Shown here one piece after another: positions 38,611 to 45,450 of a stretch of 45,450 bases of DNA. Made by a program: the position numbers and the translations under genes. Under the pieces are notes generated by a model, which saw nothing but the letters and a program-made list of their open reading frames with translations, was not told the origin of the DNA and did not search any database. Within the stretch, counting starts at the first letter, position 1; every line of letters starts with the position of its first letter. Source of the stretch: Rhodospirillales bacterium (lineage in GTDB: Bacteria > Pseudomonadota > Alphaproteobacteria > Rhodospirillales > JASLLV01); the NCBI GenBank assembly GCA_030746935.1, contig JASLLV010000001.1, positions 1 to 45,450 of the forward strand, written 5' to 3'.

Positions 38611-38646
38611 ATCAATGGCTTAGCCTGGATTGGCTAAGCCATTGAT
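38611..38646. repeat. Perfect 15-bp inverted repeat (hairpin) 5 nt after tRNA-Ala; possible bidirectional terminator
   Basis: ATCAATGGCTTAGCC (38611-38625), loop TGGATT, GGCTAAGCCATTGAT (38632-38646). It is AT-richer than its surroundings, and there is no U-run on either strand. Confidence 0.6.
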
Positions 38647-38752
38647 CGTTCAACCCCGGGACAAAACTTTTCAACCGTCGTCGCGCCCGAGAGGGCGTAC
38701 CGCGTCGATCGGGCCCGGGCCGCAATCGGCGGCGTCGGACGAGGGTGCGACC

Positions 38753-39667
38753 TCATGCACCTGGCGGTGGAACGGCGTCGCGGGCACCCCTTGGGCGGCC
38801 TTCGCGAATGGCGAGATAGGTGCCGGCAGTAAAGATCATGGCGCCGCCGACCCACGTCCAGATCGAAGGCGCCTCGGCGAAGATCAGGTAGCCGACGATC
38901 GCAGCCCAGATGAGCCTCGTGAAGTCGAACGGGAGCAAGACGGTGAGGTCCGCCTCCTTGATCGCCTGGTTGAAGCACAAATGGACGAGCGTGGCGAACA
39001 CGGCGATGGCGGCGAGCCAGGCGAGCTCGACGAGGGTCGGGGTTCGCCAGAACGGGATCGCCGCGATCAATGCGATCGGCGCGATGAACAGGGCCCCGTA
39101 AAAAGTGATGCCGATGGCCGAATCGGTGCGCGAAATTATCTTGACGACGATCATGGTGACGCCCCAACCGAGCGCACCGCAAAGCGCCAGGATGGACCCG
39201 AGTTCCACGTCGACCACACCGGGGCGCAGGATAAGCCAGGTTCCCGCGATCCCGACGGCAAGCGCCGTGATGCGTCTAACGCGGATTACCTCGCCCAGCA
39301 CGACCACCGCGGTCACGGTGGTGAACAACGGCGCCGTGAAGCTGAGCGCCGAGATTTGGGCGAGTGGGATCATGACGAGCGCCATGAAGAACGACAGTTG
39401 AGCGCAACCGTTGATCAGGCCGCGAAGCATGTGCAGGCCGAGGCGCGGGGTCCTCAAGTGCCGCAAACCGCGGCGCAGGACCACGGGCGCGAGCATAAGC
39501 AGGCTGAAAACGGTGCGAAAAAAGTTGATCTCGAACGGATGGAGATCGGCCCCGAGCAAACGGACCAGGGTCATCATGGCGGTGCCCATCAGTCCGGCGA
39601 GCAAGATGAGCCCTATGCCCCTGAGGGTGCCCGGTAATTCGCCGAACCATCTTAACGCAGCGCGCAC
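38753..39667 (-). CDS. DMT-superfamily (EamA-like) transporter
   Basis: 304 aa with about ten hydrophobic helices arranged as two EamA-like halves. Confidence 0.8.
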   Translation of the reverse strand: MRAALRWFGELPGTLRGIGLILLAGLMGTAMMTLVRLLGADLHPFEINFFRTVFSLLMLAPVVLRRGLRHLRTPRLGLHMLRGLINGCAQLSFFMALVMIPLAQISALSFTAPLFTTVTAVVVLGEVIRVRRITALAVGIAGTWLILRPGVVDVELGSILALCGALGWGVTMIVVKIISRTDSAIGITFYGALFIAPIALIAAIPFWRTPTLVELAWLAAIAVFATLVHLCFNQAIKEADLTVLLPFDFTRLIWAAIVGYLIFAEAPSIWTWVGGAMIFTAGTYLAIREGRPRGARDAVPPPGA

Positions 39668-39984
39668 GGGCAGCCTCTCGGTGCGAGCGGCCGGGATTCG
39701 GCCGCGCTTATTGTGACAGCGATGGGCCGATCAGTCTCGGGCACGGCAGCCCGCGGGCGCGGAAACCGGCGATTCGTTCTGTCCAAAGCCCACAGTCCCG
39801 TATCGATCAGCCTCTCGTGACACCCAGGAAGGACGAACGTCCCTCAGCCTGAACGCGCGGGGGACCCACTCCCGGATCGCTCAATGGCGGCCCTCATGGA
39901 AGCCCGGAATGGCGCGTCGGATGGCGCGGGGCATTCGGCCTGGACTTCCCCGACCCCGACGGACGGCCCAACCGCAGGGGGCCC

Positions 39985-40015
39985 TAAGCGGAGCGTGCAC
40001 CGATCACGCCCCGCT
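39985..40015 (-). terminator. Hairpin 13 nt downstream of the LLM oxidoreductase gene (weak terminator candidate)
   Basis: AAGCGG-A-GCGTG, a 7-nt loop, CACGC-C-CCGCTT. No U-tract follows it on the minus strand. Confidence 0.3.
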
Positions 40016-40027
40016 TGCCGCTGCCCC

Positions 40028-41026
40028 TCAACGAAAGTGTGTGAGCACGTCGCGCCCGAGGATACGCACAGCGTCGAGCGGGTCCGGGCCCAAGGGCGGT
40101 CCGAAGCTCAGGTGCTGCGCCCCGGCCGCCACCAAGGGCTCGAGCCGGGCGATCACGTCCCTACCCTCGCCCACGACTCCCATGCGCATCATGCGCTCGT
40201 CCGCCTCCACCAGCCGGCAGGCCTTGTCCGTGTCGCGCTCGGTCATTATCGCGTACTCGATGATGTCGAAGTCGGCCGCCGCCAGTCCCAGCCGCCCGAG
40301 GATCAGGGGGCTGAAGGCGCGCCCGTAGTAGGCAATCTTCTCGGCGAGCACGCGCCTCGCCGCCGCCCGGTCGTCGGCGAGCGAGACCCAGATGCAGACT
40401 GCGACGTCCAAGGGCCCCAAGGCGGGGTCGCGGCGGGCCTCGCCTTCGGCGATCAGGGGGCGGGCGGCGAAATAGTGCTCGGGCGGGAAGAGAAGGGGCA
40501 AAACGCCGTCTGCGAGCTCGCCCGCGAGCGCCAGCATCCGAGGCCCCATGGCCCCAAGATAGATCGGGGTCGAGCGCGGCGGCGCGAACCGCAAATACGC
40601 TTCCTCGGTCCACTCCAGGAACCCGCCCTTGATGGGCGCGCGCTCGCCCGCGAGCAGCGTCCGGATGGCGCCGATGGTCTCGCGCATCACCGCGAGCGGG
40701 CGGGCCGGGCGGATGCCGATCCATTTCAAGAAGTCCGGGGCCCCGACCGAGAGCCCAAGGTTGAAGCGGTTTCCCGAGACCTCGTCCATGGTCGCGGCGA
40801 GCATGGCGAGCTCGCTCGCGTGGATGGTGTAGGGGTTGAGGATGCCCGAGCCCACCTCGATGCGCCGGGTTGCCGACGCCATGGTGGCCAGCACCACCGG
40901 CGCCGAGCGCATAAAGAGGTCGTCGCTGACCCAGATCTGGTCGAAACCCGCGTCCTCGGCGGCGTGCGCGAGCGCCACATAGGCGGCCGGCGCGAGGTCG
41001 TTGTTGAGTCTAAGGCTGAAGCGCAT
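40028..41026 (-). CDS. Luciferase-like (LLM class) flavin/F420-dependent oxidoreductase
   Basis: 332 aa from the internal ATG at 41026 (MRFSLRLNNDLAPAAYVALAHAAEDAGFDQIWVSDDLF...LGLSVGAP...IYLGAMGPRMLALAGELADGV). Confidence 0.8.
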   Translation of the reverse strand: MRFSLRLNNDLAPAAYVALAHAAEDAGFDQIWVSDDLFMRSAPVVLATMASATRRIEVGSGILNPYTIHASELAMLAATMDEVSGNRFNLGLSVGAPDFLKWIGIRPARPLAVMRETIGAIRTLLAGERAPIKGGFLEWTEEAYLRFAPPRSTPIYLGAMGPRMLALAGELADGVLPLLFPPEHYFAARPLIAEGEARRDPALGPLDVAVCIWVSLADDRAAARRVLAEKIAYYGRAFSPLILGRLGLAAADFDIIEYAIMTERDTDKACRLVEADERMMRMGVVGEGRDVIARLEPLVAAGAQHLSFGPPLGPDPLDAVRILGRDVLTHFR

Positions 41027-41423
41027 CGCCGGCGCCGACGACTGCTTCGGCTTCGATCTCCACGAGGTGCTCGGGCGCCGCCAGCCTCGCTTCCACCAGC
41101 GTATTGGCGGGGCGGATCGGGGCGAAGGTTTCGCCGTGGACCCGGGCCACCGCTTCCCAGTGGGCAATGTCGCTCACATAGACGCGAGTGCGAACCACGT
41201 CCGTCATCCGCCCGCCAAGATCGTTAATGGCCTTTTCGATCCGCCCGAGGATGAACCGGGCCTGGGTGGCCGCATCACCCGCACCGACGACGCCGTCCGG
41301 TCCTGTGGCGGTGGTGCCCGAGACCAAGATCCGCTCGCCGATCCGCACCGCGCGTGCGTAACCGCCGATCTCCTCCCAATGGGTGCCGGTGCCGACCCAG
41401 CGGCGTTCGCCGGTTTCGCTCAT
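41010..41423 (-). CDS. RidA/YjgF-family protein
   Basis: 137 aa from the ATG at 41421-41423 (MSETGERRWVGTGTHWEEIGGYARAVRIGERILVSGTTA...TRVYV...PANTLVEA). Its 3' end overlaps the LLM gene start by 17 nt. Confidence 0.85.
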   Translation of the reverse strand: MSETGERRWVGTGTHWEEIGGYARAVRIGERILVSGTTATGPDGVVGAGDAATQARFILGRIEKAINDLGGRMTDVVRTRVYVSDIAHWEAVARVHGETFAPIRPANTLVEARLAAPEHLVEIEAEAVVGAGDALQP

Positions 41424-41496
41424 GCGACGCAGGCACGCTCCAGCGCGCCCTGGACCAGGTGTTTGATCCGCTCCATCGCCGCTCGCAAGCGGTCGA

Positions 41497-41736
41497 TCAA
41501 CCGCCGCCGTCGGGGCGGCGGCCGGATACCAGCCAGCCAATGAACCCGGCGACAACGCCGATCATGACGAAGATCCAGTAGAGCAACAGGGGCGCATCGG
41601 TGGTCTCGGCCACCACGTCGACACCGGGTGTGCCCATGTGCGGTCCCATGGGACCGATGACGAAGAGCGGGATGGCGAAGGCAACGGCGAGCGCAGGCCC
41701 CCCCCAACGCAACAACAAAGCAAGCCACTTCGGCAT
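41497..41736 (-). CDS. Hypothetical small membrane protein (two predicted TM helices)
   Basis: 79 aa: WLALLLRWGGPALAVAFAIPLFVIG and LLLYWIFVMIGVVAGFIGWLV. I recognise no family. It lies directly downstream of the UPF0182 gene on the same strand. Confidence 0.4.
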   Translation of the reverse strand: MPKWLALLLRWGGPALAVAFAIPLFVIGPMGPHMGTPGVDVVAETTDAPLLLYWIFVMIGVVAGFIGWLVSGRRPDGGG

Positions 41737-41853
41737 GTCGTTTGATCCCCCTCGCCCTCAATCCAGGTTTCGTTCCGCCGAGTCGGGCGATTCGGCGCAG
41801 GAGACTATCACGAACCGGCTCGGGCAAACAAATAGCCCGCGGCACCGGCGCCG

Positions 41854-44625
41854 CTATTCCTCAAGTAGGAGCTTCAACGCCTGCATGGCGCGTCCGAACG
41901 CATCCCAATTGCCGTCGCGGAGCGCCTTTTCCGCCTCCAGGAGCGCCTCGCGGGCCGCGGGCCGCGAGTCCGGTGCGCCCGGCGCCAGTCCCGCCGCCAG
42001 GCCCGGCCGTGAAGGCGTTCGGCCGAAGACCGAGGCGACCGCCTGTTCCAGCGTCGGCTCCATGGCGATCCGGTCCCCGTCGCTGACGATGACCCTTTTC
42101 AGTTGCGGAATGTCGGTCCCCTCGGCGATCAGGTAGACGGGCTTGACGTAGAGGAAGGATTGCTCGATCGGAATGACCAGCAGGTGGCCGCGGATCACGC
42201 GCGAGCCCCGCTGGTCCCAGAGCGAGATCTGCTGCGAAATCTGGGTGTCCTGATCGATCATCGCCTGCACCTGGATCGGGCCGAGGATCAGACGTTCCTT
42301 GGGCAGCTTGTAGGCGATCAGCTCGCCGTATCCGGGAAAGTCGCTGCGCGCCGCGATCCAAGCGATCATGTTGTCGCGGTTTGCGGGCGTCATCGGCGTC
42401 ATCAGGAGGAACTGCACGCGATCTTCGCCGAGCAACTTCATGAGCACGAAATAGGGCGACATATGCTGCTGGACGCCGTACTCGTCGCCGAGCGCGTGGA
42501 TGGGCCTAAGCGACATGGGTTTGAAACCCTGGATCTGGCGCGGCACCTCCCAGACGTCCTCTCCGTTGTAGAAGACCTGCGGCGCCGTCATGTGGAAGGT
42601 GCTGTATTTCTCGACTTGCGCCTCGAACAGGTCCTGCGGGTAGCGAAGATGCCTTCTCAAGCCATCCGGCATCTCATTTAGGGGCCGGAATAGCACCGGT
42701 AGCGCGGCGCGATAGGCGCCCAGCACCGGATCTTCGGGGTCCATGACGTAGATCGCGACCTCGCCAAGATAGGCGTCCACGATCACCTTTACCGAATTTC
42801 GGATGTAGTTGTGGTGGTCGCGATAGGGCTCGGAATAAGGGTAGGTTTCGGAAACGGTGTAGGCGTCCTGGACCCAGAACAACCGGCCGTCGGAAAGGAC
42901 GAGATAGGGGTCGCGGTCGAGTGCCAGGAACGGTGCGACCCGTCGCACCCGGTCCTGAACGTCGCGCCAGAACTGGATCCGGCTGTCCGCGGTAATGTAC
43001 GACGTGAGCAGGATGCGGACGTCGAACTGGTGGAACGCGAAGAGCGCGCGCCTGAAAAACGAACCCAAACTGACACCGCCCGAGCCGTCGTAGTGCGCGT
43101 ACACGTTTGCGTCGCCGCGTGGGTGGTTGAACTCTTTGACCGCGGTGTTGACGATCCGGTAGCCGTACATGTTCTCGCCGTAGTAGATCGCGGGCTGGTC
43201 GACGGCGATCCCGTCGTCGCTCTTGGGCGGAACGTCCCGGATCACGAGAACCGGCGCGCCTTCCTCCGTCTTCTTCGCGGCCAGGCTCATGGCGAGGCCG
43301 TAGCCGTGTGTGTATTGGAGGTGCCGGTTGACCCAGGTTTCGGCCTTGGCTGGAAGCTGCCCCGAAAGCTCGCGCGCGGACACCATCACCTGGCGGTAAT
43401 CAGCGCCGATGCGGTAGCGGTCGACGTCGACGTCGTAGAATTCGTAGTAGGTGCGGATCTGCTGGAGCTGGCGGAAGGTCTGGCTCAGGGGCTGCCAGTC
43501 CCAAAGGCGGATGTTGTCTATGGTCTCGTGGTTGCGCGCGAGCGCCGCCGGCGCAAGCCGCTCGGTCACGTCGTAAGTGCGCTCCACCACCTGATCGAGC
43601 CCGAACGCCTGGCGCGTGAAGCGGATGTTGTGGCGCAAGTACGGCGCTTCGAGCTCGAGTTCGTTGGGCTCCACCTCGAAGACCTGGACCAGCCACGGCG
43701 CCGCAAATATGCCGACGACCAGGATGACGACGTAACCGCCGACCGTGACCAACGACATGCCGAGCTTTCTCAGCACCGGCGGGACAAGCACCGCGAGGGC
43801 GAGCGCGAGCGTCGCCCCCACCATGACCCAAAGCGCCGGGCGCATAATGACGACGTCCGTATAGCCGGCGCCGAAGACCGCGCCACGTTCCGAAAGAAGA
43901 AGCTCGAACCGGTCGAGATGGAAGCCCCAGGCGAGTGCCACCAAGAACAGCGCAACGTTTGCGGCCGCGTGCCGAAGGGCGTCGGCCGGCGCCTCGATCC
44001 CGTCGCGCCAGTGGAACCGGATCACCCCCGCATACATGTAGGCCGCGACGACCGCCGCCGTTCCGATCAAGGTGGCCGCGAGGACGGCGTCCTGGATCAG
44101 TTCAAGGAGGGGGACCACGAACACGTAAAACCCGATGTCGTGGCCGAAGATAGGGTCCGAGGTTCCGAACTGCTGGGAGAAGCGGAACAAAAGCAGCCGT
44201 TCCCAATGATTGTAGAGGACGGCGCCGAATGCGAAGGCGGCGATGGTCGAGAGCGTGGCCAGCGCGTAGCGCAGATCGCCGGCAAAAGCCCCGGTCGGCT
44301 GCGCCGCGCGCCCGTCGCGCACGGCGGCGAACGGGCCGCCGGGGGTCGCGCGGCGAGAAAACAGGCTCAGAAGCGCCCCCAAAAGAGGGCGGAAATCGAG
44401 GCGCCGCGAGACCAACCGGAGGTTGATCCAGACGTAGAAAAAGACGGGAACGAACGCGAACAGGAAGAACCCGAGCTTCATGGAGCGGATGGACCAGAAG
44501 ACGCTCGCGTAGCCGAGCGTCTCGAGCCAAAGGTATTCCGCCGCCCAATCGGCGAGCATGAACGCGCCCACCAGGAGCGCGAGCCCCGCGGCGACGACAA
44601 TTATGGCCTTGGCTTGAAACGGCAT
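41854..44625 (-). CDS. UPF0182 (COG1615) family large membrane protein
   Basis: 923 aa with an N-terminal block of about seven TM helices. A large soluble region follows, with family-typical segments (RLWDWQPL, FYDVDVDRY, HLQYTHGYG, IYYGE, PYLVLSDGRLFWVQDAYT, MSPYFVLMKL, NMIAWIAARSD, LYVKPVYL). Confidence 0.75.
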   Translation of the reverse strand: MPFQAKAIIVVAAGLALLVGAFMLADWAAEYLWLETLGYASVFWSIRSMKLGFFLFAFVPVFFYVWINLRLVSRRLDFRPLLGALLSLFSRRATPGGPFAAVRDGRAAQPTGAFAGDLRYALATLSTIAAFAFGAVLYNHWERLLLFRFSQQFGTSDPIFGHDIGFYVFVVPLLELIQDAVLAATLIGTAAVVAAYMYAGVIRFHWRDGIEAPADALRHAAANVALFLVALAWGFHLDRFELLLSERGAVFGAGYTDVVIMRPALWVMVGATLALALAVLVPPVLRKLGMSLVTVGGYVVILVVGIFAAPWLVQVFEVEPNELELEAPYLRHNIRFTRQAFGLDQVVERTYDVTERLAPAALARNHETIDNIRLWDWQPLSQTFRQLQQIRTYYEFYDVDVDRYRIGADYRQVMVSARELSGQLPAKAETWVNRHLQYTHGYGLAMSLAAKKTEEGAPVLVIRDVPPKSDDGIAVDQPAIYYGENMYGYRIVNTAVKEFNHPRGDANVYAHYDGSGGVSLGSFFRRALFAFHQFDVRILLTSYITADSRIQFWRDVQDRVRRVAPFLALDRDPYLVLSDGRLFWVQDAYTVSETYPYSEPYRDHHNYIRNSVKVIVDAYLGEVAIYVMDPEDPVLGAYRAALPVLFRPLNEMPDGLRRHLRYPQDLFEAQVEKYSTFHMTAPQVFYNGEDVWEVPRQIQGFKPMSLRPIHALGDEYGVQQHMSPYFVLMKLLGEDRVQFLLMTPMTPANRDNMIAWIAARSDFPGYGELIAYKLPKERLILGPIQVQAMIDQDTQISQQISLWDQRGSRVIRGHLLVIPIEQSFLYVKPVYLIAEGTDIPQLKRVIVSDGDRIAMEPTLEQAVASVFGRTPSRPGLAAGLAPGAPDSRPAAREALLEAEKALRDGNWDAFGRAMQALKLLLEE

Positions 44626-44727
44626 GAGCGGGCGGATCGTCCTGATCGCCGCCAGCCTACCACGAACGATGCCGGGAACGCGACGCCGCGCGTTTTCCGG
44701 GCGCGCCCGGTGTTCCGGCCCACACCC

Positions 44728-44756
44728 TTGACGGCAGTCAATCCGCGACCGATATA
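44728..44756 (+). promoter_or_regulatory. Sigma70-like promoter of the Hsp20 gene
   Basis: TTGACG (44728-44733), a 17-nt spacer, then GATATA (44751-44756). TATAAA at 44753-44758 is an alternative -10. It stands out in GC-rich surroundings. Confidence 0.5.
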
Positions 44757-44764
44757 AACGCGCG

Positions 44765-44866
44765 GCGCCGGCGACGTCCGGCCGCGAGCGGGCGGGTGCC
44801 TGAGCCAGGGCCCGAAGCCTGCCGGTCGCAAAGACCCTGCTCGTCTAACCATGAGGGGGATGGACC
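44765..44866 (+). promoter_or_regulatory. ROSE-like RNA thermometer in the Hsp20 5' UTR
   Basis: The terminal hairpin pairs CCCUGCUCG (44835-44843) with UGAGGGGG (44852-44859, the SD). The pairs are C35-G59, C36-G58, C37-G57, U38-G56, C40-G55, U41-A54, C42-G53 and G43-U52. G39 is bulged and the loop is 8 nt. The ATG is at 44867. The 5' boundary is inferred from the promoter. Confidence 0.5.
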
Positions 44867-45334
44867 ATGACCCGTCTTTCGATCTTCGATAGCCCCTTGC
44901 TGCTTGGTTTCGACAACTTCGAGCGCATCCTCGACCGTGTCTCGAAATCGTCCGCCGACGGCTACCCGCCGTACAACATCGAGCAGACCGGCAAGAACGG
45001 CCTGCGCATCACCCTGGCCGTTGCCGGCTTTTCCGAGGACGACCTCGGCGTCACGGTCGAGGACAACCAGCTCGCGGTCAGCGGCCGCGGCAGCGAGGAC
45101 GAGTCCGACCGCGTCTATCTGCACCGCGGTATCGCTTCGCGTCAGTTCCAGCGCAACTTCGTGCTCGCAGACGGTATCGAGGTGGTCGGCGCGGTCCTGG
45201 AAAGCGGGCTCTTGCACGTGGACCTCGAGCGCCGGGTCCCCGAACCGACCACGCGCACCGTCAAGATCGAGACGCGCGCCGCGGCCGCCAAGGCCGCACC
45301 AAAACGCACCAGGACGATCGACGTCGAATCCTAA
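44867..45334 (+). CDS. Small heat-shock protein, Hsp20/IbpA-like (alpha-crystallin domain)
   Basis: 155 aa: PPYNIEQTGKNGLRITLAVAGFSEDDLGVTVEDNQLAVSG...YLHRGIASRQFQRNFVLADGIEVVGAVLESGLLHVDL. Confidence 0.9.
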   Translation: MTRLSIFDSPLLLGFDNFERILDRVSKSSADGYPPYNIEQTGKNGLRITLAVAGFSEDDLGVTVEDNQLAVSGRGSEDESDRVYLHRGIASRQFQRNFVLADGIEVVGAVLESGLLHVDLERRVPEPTTRTVKIETRAAAAKAAPKRTRTIDVES

Positions 45335-45443
45335 TACTGGCGCCCGGTCCGGTGTCGACTAAGCGGACATTGCGCTAGGGTCAGCACTCATTAACCATTA
45401 GGTGATTCAATGACCTGGAACCTGACAGAGGAGGTTTTGGGTC

Positions 45444-45450
45444 ATGAGAG
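45444..45450 (+). CDS. First codons of an unidentified gene running off the window
   Basis: An ATG at 45444 lies 9 nt after the SD GAGGAGG (45428-45434). Only 7 nt of the gene are visible. Confidence 0.3.

Noticed and set aside
38606-44700. A tRNA-Ala-linked genomic island
   Set aside because: There is no integrase or recombinase gene, I found no direct repeat of the tRNA 3' end by eye, and there is no visible shift in base composition. It is kept only as a low-interest note on the hairpin.

Overview
This is a GC-rich chromosomal segment with alphaproteobacterial gene content and order. It carries about 45 protein genes, one tRNA-Ala, one cobalamin riboswitch and several regulatory RNA or promoter candidates. 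Most of it is conserved housekeeping synteny: GTP-PEPCK; chvI-chvG-hprK-rapZ-EIIA(Man)-HPr; ahcY; a DivL-like pseudokinase; tsaE-amgK-murU-addB-addA-trxA; and, on the minus strand, trpF-trpB-trpA-accD-folC, ihfB-lapA-like, sppA, rpsA, aroA-cmk. I saw no CRISPR array, IS element, integrase, toxin-antitoxin pair or recognisable defence genes. The best candidate for something undescribed is a tightly coupled minus-strand cluster at 2686-6987, sitting between pck and chvI. It consists of a sigma70-like promoter, a cobalamin riboswitch, cbtB-cbtA (predicted cobalt uptake), two tandem DUF1538 membrane paralogues, a PII-like protein, a CBS-pair protein and a HugZ-like PNPOx-fold protein. The last five genes are joined by 4-nt stop/start overlaps or a 9-nt gap. 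Other points worth a second look: (1) the DivL-like kinase has Phe (F551) where the phospho-acceptor His belongs; (2) three tandem 18-nt repeats lie in the rpsA leader, and S1 carries a roughly 156-aa low-complexity C-terminal tail; (3) a ROSE-like RNA-thermometer hairpin masks the SD of an Hsp20 gene; (4) a K+ channel gene is 5'-truncated at an abrupt composition break at the left window edge; (5) a 923-aa UPF0182 membrane protein sits next to a small membrane ORF; (6) a perfect 15-bp AT-rich hairpin directly follows tRNA-Ala. Many long ORFs in the six-frame track are antisense or out-of-frame artefacts of high GC and were not called.
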